Below, in pieces: positions 1-9,960 of a stretch of 34,445 nt of DNA (its first letter is position 1; every line of letters starts with the position of its first letter). The DNA lies in NCBI GenBank assembly GCA_041695105.1, contig JBGFRN010000305.1, forward strand, positions 1 to 34,445, read 5' to 3'. The stretch is from Bacillota bacterium. Lineage in GTDB: Bacteria; Bacillota; Sulfobacillia; JAMDAP01; JAJYMS01. The notes beneath the pieces were generated by a model. The model worked only from the letters and a program-made list of their open reading frames with translations, was not told the origin of the DNA and searched no databases. The position numbers were made by a program, and so were the translations under genes.

Positions 1-1288
1 CCAGGCCCTTGTCCTTGACGATGGTGGCCGGATCCTTGCCGGTCGAGCACATCTCCTCAAAGACGGTCTTGGCGATCTTGCCGCTGATCGTCCCGGCCTC
101 CATCAGCCGGAGCATCTCAACCAGGTCCCCCGGTTTGACCGGGATGTGTTCGAAATCGAGGTTGTTGGCGTTCATGTAGCGCAGCAACTCGCCCATGATC
201 CAGTTTGAGGCCTCGGCCGCCTTGGCCTTGATGGCCTCACCCTTGACGGCCTCGCCCTTGACGGCCAGCCCAACCGCCCCCAGGACAGCCTCAAAAAAGT
301 CGGCCAGCGGGCGTTCATAGGTAATTACCTCGGCGTTGTAGGCCGGCAGGCCGAGCTGCTCGACGTAGCGGGCCTTGCGGGCATCGGGAAGCTCCGGCAG
401 GCGAGATCGGATCTCCTCGACCTTCTCGCGGGGGATGATCACCGCCGGTAGGTCGGGGTCGGGGAAGTAGCGATAGTCATGGGCCTCCTCCTTGGAGCGC
501 AGGGCCACGGTCACCCCGCGGCCCTCGTCCCAGTGGCGGGTCTCCTGGGCAATCTTCTCGCCCGACTCGATCGCCTTGACCTGGCGCTGAATCTCAAACT
601 CGATGGCGCGCTGGGCTGAACGGAAGGAGTTGACGTTTTTGATCTCGGTCCGGGTGCCGAATTCCTGCTGCCCCCTGGGTCGAACCGAGACGTTGGCGTC
701 GCAGCGCAGGCTGCCCTCCTCCATCTTGACGTCCGAGATCCCGGTGTACGAGAGGATGGTCTTGAGTTTCGTCAGATAGAGCCTGGCCTCCTCGGCCGAA
801 CGGATGTCTGGCTCGGAGACGATCTCAAGCAGCGGCACGCCGCAGCGGTTGAAGTCAACGACCGACGAGGCCGACTCGGCCACCCCGCCGGCGTGGACCA
901 GCTTTCCGGTGTCCTCCTCCAGGTGAATCCGGGTCAGGCCAATCAGCTTGGGACCAGATTCGGTCTCGATCTCGACGCGGCCGCCCCGGATGAAGGGCAG
1001 GTCGTACTGCGAAATCTGGTAGGCCTTGGGCAGGTCGGGGTAAAAATAGTTTTTGCGGTCGAACTTGGAGTACCCGGCCACTTGCCCGTTCAGGGCCAGG
1101 CCAGCCGTCACGGCGTACTCCAGAGCCGCTTGATTCAAAACCGGCAGGGCTCCCGGCAGCCCGAGGCAGACCGGGCAGACCTGGGTATTCGGATCGCCCC
1201 CGAACTTAGTCGAGCAGGCGCAGAAAACCTTTGATTCGGTCTTTAGTTCTACATGCACCTCAAGGCCGATAACGGCTTCCCATTCCAT
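1..1288 (-). CDS. gatB: Asp/Glu-tRNA amidotransferase subunit B (GatB), 3'-truncated by the window edge
   Basis: The minus-strand frame is open from the window edge to ATG at 1288-1286, preceded by AGGAGTGA. My translation begins [29 protein letters not shown]..., a canonical GatB N-terminus. It lies downstream of gatC-gatA in operon order. It is absent from the ORF track because it runs off the window. Confidence 0.92.
   Translation of the reverse strand, partial: MEWEAVIGLEVHVELKTESKVFCACSTKFGGDPNTQVCPVCLGLPGALPVLNQAALEYAVTAGLALNGQVAGYSKFDRKNYFYPDLPKAYQISQYDLPFIRGGRVEIETESGPKLIGLTRIHLEEDTGKLVHAGGVAESASSVVDFNRCGVPLLEIVSEPDIRSAEEARLYLTKLKTILSYTGISDVKMEEGSLRCDANVSVRPRGQQEFGTRTEIKNVNSFRSAQRAIEFEIQRQVKAIESGEKIAQETRHWDEGRGVTVALRSKEEAHDYRYFPDPDLPAVIIPREKVEEIRSRLPELPDARKARYVEQLGLPAYNAEVITYERPLADFFEAVLGAVGLAVKGEAVKGEAIKAKAAEASNWIMGELLRYMNANNLDFEHIPVKPGDLVEMLRLMEAGTISGKIAKTVFEEMCSTGKDPATIVKDKGL
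233..262. repeat. 15-bp tandem duplication (one mismatch) inside gatB, encoding [10 protein letters not shown]
   Basis: ggcctcacccttgac (233-247) is followed by ggcctcgcccttgac (248-262). The duplication is in frame. Confidence 0.85.
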
Positions 1289-1330
1289 CTTTCGTTCACT
1301 CCTGGCCGCCAAGCGGCCCCGATGATTAAT

Positions 1331-2803
1331 CTAGAGGCTCGGGCGCTTCCAGTGGAAGTCAGTCGCCCCCTGGAAGGCGTCGGCCGCCCGCAGCAGGGCA
1401 GCCTCGTCAAAGGCCCGGCCGATAAGCTGCATCCCGACCGGCAGGCCGCCGGCAAAACCGCAGGGCACCGAAATTCCCGGCAGGCCGGCCAGGTTGACCG
1501 GGATGGTGCAGATATCGGCCATGTACATGGCCAGGGGGTCTTCTTTCTTCTCTCCGACCTTGAAGGCCACGGTCGGCGAGGTCGGGGCGACGATCAGGTC
1601 GAACTTCTCGAAGGCCCGGTCGAAATCGCGCTTGACCAGCGTCCTGACCTTCTGGGCCTTGAGGTAATAGGCGTCGTAGTAGCCTGAGCTCAGGGCATAG
1701 GTGCCCATGATGATCCGGCGCTTGACCTCCGGCCCGAAGCCCTCGTCGCGGGTCCGGCCGTAGAGGTCGATCAGGTCCTTGCCGCCCAAGGCGCGGTAGC
1801 CGTAGCGGACCCCGTCGTAACGGGCCAGGTTCGACGAAGCCTCGGCCGGGGCGATGATGTAGTAGGCTGAAAGGGCGTGCTCGGTGTGGGGCAGCGAGCA
1901 TTCATCAACCTCGGCACCCAGCGATTTCAGCACCTCGATGGCTTCAGAGACTCGCTCGGCCACCCCAGGGGCGATCCCCTCCCCAAAGTACTCCATTGGA
2001 ATTCCGATGCGCAGTCCCTGGCAGTCGCCGGTAAGGGTTTCTGAAAAGTCAGGAACCTCGACGTTGGCCGAGGTTGAGTCGAGGCGGTCGTGACCGCAGA
2101 TAACGTTAAGGATCATGGCACAGTCGGCGGCGGTGCGGGCGAAGGGACCAATCTGATCGAGCGAAGAGGCGAAGGCGACTAACCCGTATCGGGAGACCCG
2201 GCCGTAGGTCGGCTTCAGGCCAACCACCCCGCAGAACGAGGCCGGCTGGCGGATTGAGCCGCCGGTATCCGAACCGAAAGAATAAATGGCCTGCCCGGCC
2301 GCCACCGACGAGGCCGAACCGCCGCTCGAACCGCCGGGGACGCACGAGGTATCCCAGGGATTATAAGTCATGAACAGGGCTGAATTCTCGACCGAAGAGC
2401 CCATGGCGAACTCGTCAAGATTGGTCTTGCCGATGATGATGGCTCCGGCCTCTTTGAGCTTGGCTACCACCGTGCCATCGTAGGGAGGGACAAAGTCCCC
2501 GAGGATCTTCGAGGAACAGGTTGTCCGGACGCCCTGGGTACAGAAGTTATCTTTGACCGCGCACGGGACGCCGGCCAGCGGGCCCAGCTCCTCACCGGCC
2601 AAGCGCCGGCGGTCGATCTCCCTGGCCTGCTCGACAGCCCGCTCCTGGGTCAGGGTGACAAATGAATGGATCTTCGGCTCGGTCGCCTCGATCCGGTTTA
2701 GAATAGCCCGGGTCAGCTCCTCGGAGCTGATCTCACCGAGCTGCAAGTGCTGGCTGGCCTCGCTCAGGGTCAAATAATGCAGATCCAACGCTGTACTCCT
2801 CAC
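1331..2803 (-). CDS. gatA: Asp/Glu-tRNA amidotransferase subunit A (GatA, amidase family)
   Basis: 490 aa. It carries the amidase signature region [14 protein letters not shown]...[12 protein letters not shown] and sits between gatC and gatB. Confidence 0.95.
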   Translation of the reverse strand: MRSTALDLHYLTLSEASQHLQLGEISSEELTRAILNRIEATEPKIHSFVTLTQERAVEQAREIDRRRLAGEELGPLAGVPCAVKDNFCTQGVRTTCSSKILGDFVPPYDGTVVAKLKEAGAIIIGKTNLDEFAMGSSVENSALFMTYNPWDTSCVPGGSSGGSASSVAAGQAIYSFGSDTGGSIRQPASFCGVVGLKPTYGRVSRYGLVAFASSLDQIGPFARTAADCAMILNVICGHDRLDSTSANVEVPDFSETLTGDCQGLRIGIPMEYFGEGIAPGVAERVSEAIEVLKSLGAEVDECSLPHTEHALSAYYIIAPAEASSNLARYDGVRYGYRALGGKDLIDLYGRTRDEGFGPEVKRRIIMGTYALSSGYYDAYYLKAQKVRTLVKRDFDRAFEKFDLIVAPTSPTVAFKVGEKKEDPLAMYMADICTIPVNLAGLPGISVPCGFAGGLPVGMQLIGRAFDEAALLRAADAFQGATDFHWKRPSL

Positions 2804-2835
2804 CTTCAGGGGGCCGCGATCGCCCCCGCACGGTA

Positions 2836-3129
2836 TTAGCTCTCGACGATCCTGGGTACCCGAAAGCCTCCGGCGGCCGGATCGGGGGCGTTCTGAAGGG
2901 CCGCCTCATGGGCGAGTCCCTGGCGGACCTGATCTGGCCGCAGAACGTTGACCAAGCTATCCAGGATGTGATAAGTCGGTGGAACCTCCGTGGTATCCAA
3001 TTCCCGCAGCTTTTCCACATGCTCCAAGAGTTGGTTCAAGTGCTTGGTGTAAAGCTCTTTTTCCCCTTCCGAGAGGTGAACCCTGGCCAGACGGGCGATG
3101 CGCTGGACCTCGGACCGGTCAATCCGCAT
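2836..3129 (-). CDS. gatC: Asp/Glu-tRNA amidotransferase subunit C (GatC)
   Basis: 97 aa beginning [23 protein letters not shown]..., which is GatC-like. It lies directly upstream of gatA. Confidence 0.9.
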   Translation of the reverse strand: MRIDRSEVQRIARLARVHLSEGEKELYTKHLNQLLEHVEKLRELDTTEVPPTYHILDSLVNVLRPDQVRQGLAHEAALQNAPDPAAGGFRVPRIVES

Positions 3130-3156
3130 GGCAGCAGTCTCCTTCCGTTAAACCAC

Positions 3157-3179
3157 AAAAGCCCGCCGCGGGGCTTTTT
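3157..3179 (-). terminator. GC-rich hairpin with flanking A/T runs; probable terminator of the upstream Etf/Fe-S operon (bidirectional in form)
   Basis: aaaagccc-gccgcg-gggcttttt. On the minus strand the stem is followed by TTTTGTGGTTT. It lies between the stop at 3263 and the gatC start at 3129. Confidence 0.5.
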
Positions 3180-3188
3180 GACGGGGAA

Positions 3189-3197
3189 ATTATACCA
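3189..3197 (-). promoter_or_regulatory. Extended -10 element TGGTATAAT (minus strand) upstream of gatC
   Basis: The reverse complement of attatacca is TGGTATAAT. The same nonamer occurs at the gerM-like promoter (31073-31081). Confidence 0.3.
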
Positions 3198-3262
3198 CAC
3201 GGAAATAAATCGGGGCAAGGAACGTACAGCCCACGACGATGACCGCCTCAAACATGTGTTGG

Positions 3263-5317
3263 TCAGGGCAGGGAATCGCCCCGGCTCGACGGTTCCGACT
3301 CCACCATCGCCTGAAGCAGCAACTCCGCGATGTCCATGACTATGGGCCCATCATCCACAACCGTAGTCTTGATTCCGTCGTCCAACATCTGCATGCAGAA
3401 GGGGCAGCCGGTGGCTACCACCTCGGCTCCTGCCTTGCTCGCTTCAATTGCCCGGATCTGGTTCACCCGGAGGCCATGGGTCTTCTCCTCCATCCAGGCA
3501 TGGGCTCCGCCGGCACCGCAGCAGAATGAATGGGCTCCGGTTCGCTGCATTTCCTTCTGGGTCACGCCTGCTTCCGCCAGCACAGCCCGTGGAGAATCGT
3601 ACTCGCCGTTCCACCGGCCCAGGTAGCACGGGTCGTGGAAGGTAACGCTCCGGTGTAAGCCGACGTTCGGTTTCAGCCGGCCGCTGTCTATCAACTCCTT
3701 TAGCAGCCGGGTGTGGTGAACCGCCTCAAACTGCCCGCCGAGCTTGCGGTACTCCTGCCCAATGGCGTTGAAGCAGTGCGGGCAGGTGGTGATAATCCGC
3801 TTCGGGTTATACTGCCGCAGGAGCTCAATATTTTGCCGGGCAATTTTATCAAAAAGAAATTCATTGCCCATCCGTCGGGCCGGGTCGCCGCAGCAGATCT
3901 CCTCCTTGCCCAGGATGGCGAACTTCACATCGGCCGCCCTCAGCAACTCGACAAACGCCCTCGCGATCTTCTGAGCCCGGGGATCGAAGGTGGCGGCGCA
4001 GCCCACATAGTACAGGATCTCCACCTTGCCAGCCTCCGCGGCCACGGGGGTGTCGAGCCCCTCGGCCCAGTCGAGGCGACTGGCCTTAGTCCCCTTGAAG
4101 GGATGAAAGCGATCTTCCAGGCTCCGCATCGCATCCTGCACCGTGTCCGGGGCGCAACCCTGCTCCATCACCAGGTGCTGACGCATACCGACGAGCTTCG
4201 GCCCGTGCTCAATGGATACCGGGCAGGCCTCCATGCAAGCCCGGCAAGTGGTGCAGGCCCAGATCGTCTCCTCCTTCACCGCCCCGCCTACCAGCGGCGT
4301 CAACTCTTCAACCTTCACCCGACCGGCGAGCAACTTCGGCCCGTGCTCATGCATGTAATCCCGCACATCCAGGATCAGGTTACGCGGCGACAGCGGTTGG
4401 CCGGAGGCGTAGGGCGGGCAGACCGCCTGGCACCGGCCGCAGGCAGTGCAGGCGTCGAGGTCCAAAAGGTCCTTCCAGGTAAAGTCGGTAATCGCGCTCT
4501 TCCCGAACCGCTCCGTCGCCTCGAAATCGATTGGCTCAAGCGTCTCGCCGGGCGCGCGCAGCTCGCCGAAGTAGACGGAGGCGGTGGAGGTGAAGATGTG
4601 GATCAGCTTCGAATACGGAATGTAGGCAATCCAGGCAAAGACACTGACGAGGTGGAACCACCAGGTCCATTGATAGGCCCCTACGATGACGGCCTGGCTC
4701 AACCCCACCAGGGGCTTGGCCAGTAAGTACCCGAAGGGGGACCAGACGTCCCAGGGCTCGGGCCGCCCGGCGATGCGCAGGGCCTCCAGCGCGAAGCCCT
4801 GTGCGAATATGAGAAAGAGTGCCGCCAGTGTAACTGCGTCACTTGGATCATGTCGGGCGTGACTCCTAGTGTGCTGCAGCCGTTCCACCCGAATGACGTA
4901 GCGACGGACCAACGCGATACCCAGCCCTGCCATGCCCAGTGCGCCAGCCACATCCAGAACGAGCGACTGGAACACTAGATAGAACCAGCCCCTCATGATG
5001 GGAATCCCGAGATCCGCCTCCATAGCAACAACCGTCGTGCCAACGAACAAGAGGGACATCGCCCAAAAAATCAAGGCGTGCATACTGCCGGCGACCCTAT
5101 CCTGCATCAACCGGCCGTGGCCGAGGAGGTAAACGGCTACCCGCCCGAGCCGCCGCCAGGGCTGATCCGTCCTTAGCACCTGCTGGCCCAGTCGCCAGAG
5201 CCGGAACCGCCGGTACAGGCCGTAAGCAAATATAATCATGGTGGGGATCATCAGAAGGTACATGAGGTAGATTCCGCTGATATTCCAGTAAATGGGGCGC
5301 GTGATAATATCCTGCAC
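3263..5317 (-). CDS. Membrane Fe-S oxidoreductase: N-terminal NarI/DsrM-like polytopic membrane domain fused to an HdrD/DsrK-like domain (2x[4Fe-4S] plus two CCG cysteine-rich domains). Resembles the EtfAB-associated quinone oxidoreductase type
   Basis: 684 aa. The first ~250 aa are hydrophobic with conserved His residues (HALIFW, WFHLVSVF, KLIHIF). Ferredoxin motifs CTACGRCQAVCPP and CTTCRACMEACPV follow, then CCG-type motifs VGCAATFD, TCPHCFN, HDPCYLGR and TGCPFCMQM. GTG start with GGAGGT RBS, 24 nt after etfA. Confidence 0.85.
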   Translation of the reverse strand: MQDIITRPIYWNISGIYLMYLLMIPTMIIFAYGLYRRFRLWRLGQQVLRTDQPWRRLGRVAVYLLGHGRLMQDRVAGSMHALIFWAMSLLFVGTTVVAMEADLGIPIMRGWFYLVFQSLVLDVAGALGMAGLGIALVRRYVIRVERLQHTRSHARHDPSDAVTLAALFLIFAQGFALEALRIAGRPEPWDVWSPFGYLLAKPLVGLSQAVIVGAYQWTWWFHLVSVFAWIAYIPYSKLIHIFTSTASVYFGELRAPGETLEPIDFEATERFGKSAITDFTWKDLLDLDACTACGRCQAVCPPYASGQPLSPRNLILDVRDYMHEHGPKLLAGRVKVEELTPLVGGAVKEETIWACTTCRACMEACPVSIEHGPKLVGMRQHLVMEQGCAPDTVQDAMRSLEDRFHPFKGTKASRLDWAEGLDTPVAAEAGKVEILYYVGCAATFDPRAQKIARAFVELLRAADVKFAILGKEEICCGDPARRMGNEFLFDKIARQNIELLRQYNPKRIITTCPHCFNAIGQEYRKLGGQFEAVHHTRLLKELIDSGRLKPNVGLHRSVTFHDPCYLGRWNGEYDSPRAVLAEAGVTQKEMQRTGAHSFCCGAGGAHAWMEEKTHGLRVNQIRAIEASKAGAEVVATGCPFCMQMLDDGIKTTVVDDGPIVMDIAELLLQAMVESEPSSRGDSLP

Positions 5318-5341
5318 GGCTCGAGTACCTCCGGAGCATGA

Positions 5342-6322
5342 TTACGCCAGTATTTTCCTCAATTCGCTGGTCAGAACCGGGAGGACGTTCCTGAAGTCGG
5401 CGACGATCCCAATGTTGGCACGCTTGAAGATGTGGGCGTCCGGGTCCTTGTTGATCGCGACCACCGTCTTGGCCCCGGCGATACCAGCCAGGTGTTGGCT
5501 GGCGCCCGAGATCCCTACGGCGATATAGAGATCCGGAGCCACAATGGCCCCGGTCTGCCCGATCTGCCGGTCCGCCGGCAGCCAGCCGGCATCGCAGACG
5601 GCGCGGGAGCCGCCCAGGGAGCCGCCAAGCAGGTCAGCCAGTTCCTGCATTTCCATGAATGGCTTGGGACCGCCCAGACCACGCCCGCCACCGACGATGA
5701 TCCGGGCGTCCTCCAACCGCTTGCCGCTGATGGCCTCCTGAATTTTCTCCACCAGCCTGGTGACGGCATCGGCCTCAGAGACCTGGAAGGTCACGTCCAC
5801 CACTTCGCCGGTGCGGGCCGGGTCGGCTATGGCCGGTTCCTGGCTCTTCAGTCGCACGCCAATCACGCTGCGGGTCCTGGTGGTGGTGTACTCGCCCAGC
5901 GCTTTGCCACCGTAGACCGGCCGGATCCATCGGACGTGGCCGCCACCGGCCTCAAAGCCCACCACCTCGGTAAGGGCCGAGGCGCCGAGACGGTAGGCAA
6001 GCCGCCCGACGAGGTCCTTTCCGGCCAGATCGAAGGGTAGCAAAAAGACGGTGGCATCCGACTGGCGGGCAGCCGCACTCAGGGCGCCGAGGTAGAGGTC
6101 AACCTGATACTCCGCCAGAAGTGGGTTCCGGACGGCCAGCACCCGGGAAGCGCCACAGGCGATCGCTTCAGCGGCAGCCTCCGCGGCGGGGCCGATCAGC
6201 ACCGCTTCCACAGTACCACCGCCGGTGGTGCCGGTCAGGCTGGTGCCCAGAGCAAGGGCCTCCCGAGCGCCGCCACTAAGACGGCCATTCTCACTGGCTG
6301 CATAAACGAGCACGTTCGGCAT
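5342..6322 (-). CDS. etfA: Electron transfer flavoprotein alpha subunit
   Basis: 326 aa. The C-terminal FAD-binding region reads ...IVGGGRGLGG...GGSRAVCDAGW...QIGQTGAIVAPDLYIAVGISGASQHLAGI... It follows etfB. Confidence 0.9.
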   Translation of the reverse strand: MPNVLVYAASENGRLSGGAREALALGTSLTGTTGGGTVEAVLIGPAAEAAAEAIACGASRVLAVRNPLLAEYQVDLYLGALSAAARQSDATVFLLPFDLAGKDLVGRLAYRLGASALTEVVGFEAGGGHVRWIRPVYGGKALGEYTTTRTRSVIGVRLKSQEPAIADPARTGEVVDVTFQVSEADAVTRLVEKIQEAISGKRLEDARIIVGGGRGLGGPKPFMEMQELADLLGGSLGGSRAVCDAGWLPADRQIGQTGAIVAPDLYIAVGISGASQHLAGIAGAKTVVAINKDPDAHIFKRANIGIVADFRNVLPVLTSELRKILA

Positions 6323-6340
6323 GGCTCGTTCTCCTTCCGA

Positions 6341-7135
6341 TTACAGTATCTTGAGTTCTTGCAGGCGGCTGGCCAGGATGGCCGCCTGCGCAGGTCCCTC
6401 ATCGCCAGGCAGGATCTCGCAGGCCACATCGTTTTCGGGAATAAAGGCCCGCTCCAGGCGTGTGCCGGGCTGTAGCCGATCCGGTTCAGCGCCGATGTCG
6501 CCCAAACCCAGCAGTTTGATAGGTTTGCTCTTGGCCAGCATGGCGTCCTTCACCTTGGGGAGCCGGGGAACATTCGCCTCTGAACTGGTGACTGTCAGTA
6601 CCGCTCTCACGGGTACCTGGAGAACTGCATGGCCGTCGCCGGTTTCCCGTGTGGCCCTGACCTGCCCCCCTTCCAGGGCCAGGCGGGAGACCAGGGTTAT
6701 ACAAGGATAGCCCAGCTCCTCAGCCAGGATTGGGCCAACCAGCCCTTCCTCCACATCGCCGGCCTGGCGGCCGGTCAGAATCAGCGCGTCTCCGCCCAGC
6801 GCCTTGATCGCCAAGGCCAGTACGTGGCCGATTACCGCGCCGTCGGCCAAGGCCAGGCGGGGATCCCAAACACGAACGGCGGCGTCCGCCGTGAAGGAGA
6901 GCGCCCGCCGGAGCGCCTCCTCAGCCGGCTTATCTCCCACGGTGATGGCGGTGATCCTCTTGCCGGGAGTTCGTTCCTTGAGTTGAACCGCCATCTCCAG
7001 GGCGTTCTCGGAGTAGGAGTCCATTACCATCCGTGCGTTGCCCTGGACAGGCTGGTTGGTTGCCGGGTCGATCCGGAAGTCCCGGGGAGGGATCTCCGGG
7101 TCGAGTACTTGCTTAACGCAAACGATCACATCCAT
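6341..7135 (-). CDS. etfB: Electron transfer flavoprotein beta subunit
   Basis: 264 aa beginning MDVIVCVKQVLDPEIPPRDFRID... The N-terminus and length are typical of EtfB. Confidence 0.9.
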   Translation of the reverse strand: MDVIVCVKQVLDPEIPPRDFRIDPATNQPVQGNARMVMDSYSENALEMAVQLKERTPGKRITAITVGDKPAEEALRRALSFTADAAVRVWDPRLALADGAVIGHVLALAIKALGGDALILTGRQAGDVEEGLVGPILAEELGYPCITLVSRLALEGGQVRATRETGDGHAVLQVPVRAVLTVTSSEANVPRLPKVKDAMLAKSKPIKLLGLGDIGAEPDRLQPGTRLERAFIPENDVACEILPGDEGPAQAAILASRLQELKIL

Positions 7136-7162
7136 CTGTCTTTGCCCCTTTCGGCACAGTCT

Positions 7163-8668
7163 CTAATCGGCCTCTTCCTCGGTGCCCAACAGGGCAAGGG
7201 AAGCTGCACGCTCACCAGCGATCTTGCCGAGAACGGCGCCCGTGGTCAGGCCCGTGCCTCCTGGGTAATTTTGGTAGAAAAGGCCGCCGACCAGCTCACC
7301 GGCCGCAAAAAGGCCGGGGATGGGGTTGTTCTCCTCATCCAGGACCTGTGATTGGGTATTCACGCGGAGGCCGCCAAAGGTAAATGTTATGCCGCACGTA
7401 ACGGCGAAGCCGTAGTATGGCGGCGTATCGATGGGTAGCGCCCAGTTGGTCTTGTCCACCGCCAGGCGGGCGGTGGACTTACCGTCCTTGACGGACAGGT
7501 CGTAGGGGTTTTCATTAATCGAGGCGTTGAACTCCCTGACGGTCTCCGTAAGACCCTGAGGATCGATGTCAAGCTGCGAGGCCAGTTCTTCAAGCGTGTT
7601 GGAAACCGCCTTGGTGACCTCCCTGATCCGGTACTCGTCCCGGAGCTTCGTGACGACCTTGGAGTCGAAGATCTGCACGGCATAACGGCCGGGCTGCTTC
7701 ATGACCTCCTGACCATACTTGGCGTAGGTATAGTTGCGGAAGTCGGCCCCCTCGTCAAGGAAGCGCTGGCCGTTCCGGTTGACGACGATGCCCAGGGGAT
7801 ATGAGTGCTTCTGGAAGGACTCGCCAACTTTTCGGTCACCGGTGGTCGGGGCGTTCGCATCCCACATGACGGCGTGGCAGCCGCTCCAATGGCCGTACGA
7901 TTGGGCGCCCACCTCCAGAGCCATCCGAATACCGTCACCAGTGTTGAACTCGGTGCCCCGTACCTTGGCAAGATCCCAGCCCGGGCCGAGGTATTGGGCC
8001 CGCAACTGGGGGTTTGATTCAAAGCCGCCCGCCGCCAGGATGACCGCAGGGCACTCAACGTCGACATCCTTACCCGCTCGTTTCACCTTGACCCCGCAGA
8101 TGCGGCCTTCGGCGTTGGTAATCAGCTTGTGGCCGCGGGCGTTGTACCAGATCTCAAGGCCGTGCTTCTGCGCAGACTCGAATAACATTTCGACGAGGCC
8201 GACGCCCCCGCCGACGTACTCCACCGGAACCTCCCCCCAGAACTTGAACTTTTGCCCTGATTTAAAGGCCTGGCGGCCGGTGGATAGCGCGAAGCGGATG
8301 CCCTTCTCGCGCATCCAAACCATGGTAGGGAACGCCTCGGTCACGACGACGCTGGTTAATTCGGGGTCGGCCATGTATTCGGTCACCCGAGCGATGGTTT
8401 CAAAAAACTGCTCCTCGCTGTAGGAGCCCACATCGATCGACTCAATCTCCGCCTCGCTCAGATCCGGGATCAGCTTGAGCACATCCTCGATGCCGTTGTA
8501 GGGAAAGCGGACCAGGCCCCCGGTGAAATATGAGTTTCCCCCGCGCTTCTCCTCCGGGGCCCGTTCCAATACCAGCACCTTCGCCCCTTGCTCCCTGGCC
8601 GCAATTGCAGCGCAGAGAGCGGCGTTGCCCGCACCAACCACCACCAGATCATACCGAAACCTTTCCAT
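7163..8668 (-). CDS. FAD-dependent dehydrogenase of the fumarate reductase/succinate dehydrogenase flavoprotein superfamily, TcuA (tricarballylate dehydrogenase)-like
   Basis: 501 aa. The N-terminus DLVVVGAGNAALCAAIAAREQGAKVLVLERAPEEKRGGNS resembles the TcuA dinucleotide-binding start. The motifs AAGGFESN and ...SGCHAV.WD... and the C-terminal GLFAAGE are also present. GGAGG RBS. Confidence 0.72.
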   Translation of the reverse strand: MERFRYDLVVVGAGNAALCAAIAAREQGAKVLVLERAPEEKRGGNSYFTGGLVRFPYNGIEDVLKLIPDLSEAEIESIDVGSYSEEQFFETIARVTEYMADPELTSVVVTEAFPTMVWMREKGIRFALSTGRQAFKSGQKFKFWGEVPVEYVGGGVGLVEMLFESAQKHGLEIWYNARGHKLITNAEGRICGVKVKRAGKDVDVECPAVILAAGGFESNPQLRAQYLGPGWDLAKVRGTEFNTGDGIRMALEVGAQSYGHWSGCHAVMWDANAPTTGDRKVGESFQKHSYPLGIVVNRNGQRFLDEGADFRNYTYAKYGQEVMKQPGRYAVQIFDSKVVTKLRDEYRIREVTKAVSNTLEELASQLDIDPQGLTETVREFNASINENPYDLSVKDGKSTARLAVDKTNWALPIDTPPYYGFAVTCGITFTFGGLRVNTQSQVLDEENNPIPGLFAAGELVGGLFYQNYPGGTGLTTGAVLGKIAGERAASLALLGTEEEAD

Positions 8669-8841
8669 TGAGTGATTGCCTCCTAGACATTATTGCAAAA
8701 TGGAAGGCCCAGCCTTGGCCATCGCTCCGTAGGGAGGGGGAAGGCCAGGAGACTGGACCTGTAGCCGGTTAAGCCACGATGCGACTCGAGGGTGCCGGGT
8801 ACAACAACCAAACAGAGATGTAGTTGTAGCAAGCGGAATCT

Positions 8842-9909
8842 TTACACCGCTCGAAGCTGATTGACCACCGCAGAGCCCATCTCCTCAGTGCTAGCTGTGC
8901 CCCCGATGTCACGCGTGCGGATGCCCAGGGCCAGAACGGCTGTCACCGCCTCCTGAATCCGTACGGAGGCCGAAATCGCGGCGCTATCGGCATTCCGGAT
9001 TCCCAGCCAGCGAAGCATCAGCGCACCCGAAAGGATCTCGGCGCAGGGGTTGGCAATCCCCTTGCCGCCGATGTCCGGGGCAGATCCGTGGGTAGCCTGG
9101 GCCATCAAATTTCGGTCTCCGACGTTGAGCCCGGGTGCCAGCCCCAGGCCGCCGACGAGGCCGGAAGCCTCATCCGAGAGGATGTCACCGAAGGCGTTGG
9201 TAGTTGCTATCACGTCGAAGATCTGGGGCCGCATCACCAGATGCATGGCCGCCGCATCGACATGCAAGTCATTGACCTCGACGTCCGGATAATCCCGTCC
9301 TACCTCCCGGCAGGCTGCGATGAACAGCCCGCACCCGTGCCGGAGCACGTTGGCCTTGTGGACGATCGTCAACTTCCTGCGCCGGCCCCGTGCCAGTTCA
9401 AAGGCAATCCGGGCCAGCCTCAGCGACATGCGCCGTGTGACCACCCGTACCGAAAGCACCGTGTTCTCGTCGGGTCGGAACTCGCCGTTTCCGTCCAGAA
9501 GGTTGCGGTCGGCGTAGAAGCCCTCCGTGTTTTCCCGGACCACCACGAGATCGACGTCTTTGTATAGGCAGGGCACCCCCGGCAAGGAGTGGACCGGGCG
9601 GACGTTGGCGTAAAGCTCGAACTTCTTGCGTAGCAGACCGCTCACATTGGTCATGGACGAACCATTGTAGAGGTGGGTCGTCAGCGGGCCGAGCAGCCAG
9701 CCCTCACAGGCCTCAATCACCGGCAGGACTTCCGCCGGCATGGTGGAACCAGTCAGACGGAACGCCTCAAGCCCCACCGGACAAGACCGGAATTCGAGGT
9801 CCAGGTCCGTTGTGGACGCTGCTGTAGCCTCCAGCACCCTGACGGTCTCGCGCACGATTTCCGGCCCGATTCCGTCCCCGGGCATGACGGCAATTCTGTA
9901 ATGGCCCAT
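8842..9909 (-). CDS. Isocitrate/isopropylmalate/tartrate dehydrogenase-family NAD(P)-dependent beta-hydroxyacid oxidative decarboxylase
   Basis: 355 aa. Family hallmarks present: IAVMPGDGIGPEI, VRENTEGFY, NAFGDILSDEASGLVGGLGLAPG and HGSAPDI. Confidence 0.85.
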   Translation of the reverse strand: MGHYRIAVMPGDGIGPEIVRETVRVLEATAASTTDLDLEFRSCPVGLEAFRLTGSTMPAEVLPVIEACEGWLLGPLTTHLYNGSSMTNVSGLLRKKFELYANVRPVHSLPGVPCLYKDVDLVVVRENTEGFYADRNLLDGNGEFRPDENTVLSVRVVTRRMSLRLARIAFELARGRRRKLTIVHKANVLRHGCGLFIAACREVGRDYPDVEVNDLHVDAAAMHLVMRPQIFDVIATTNAFGDILSDEASGLVGGLGLAPGLNVGDRNLMAQATHGSAPDIGGKGIANPCAEILSGALMLRWLGIRNADSAAISASVRIQEAVTAVLALGIRTRDIGGTASTEEMGSAVVNQLRAV

Positions 9910-9960
9910 TCGGTCTCGTTACCTCCATTCCGTGGCCTCTCCTCCGGTACATCCGGCCCA

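Noticed and set aside
3713-4726. 337-aa plus-strand ORF. Similar long antisense ORFs occur at 16145-16963(+), 16912-17688(+), 23254-24108(-), 24012-24827(-), 27007-27867(+) and 29190-30086(+)
   Set aside because: All lie opposite strongly supported genes. Their sequences are low-complexity and R/P/G/A-rich, with no start context or family resemblance. They are an expected artefact of ~60% GC.
8669-8841. 173-nt spacer between the dehydrogenase genes as a riboswitch or internal regulator
   Set aside because: It contains only weak hairpins and a direct GGCCTTCC repeat. I recognise no conserved riboswitch core. It may hold an internal promoter, but I cannot support that.
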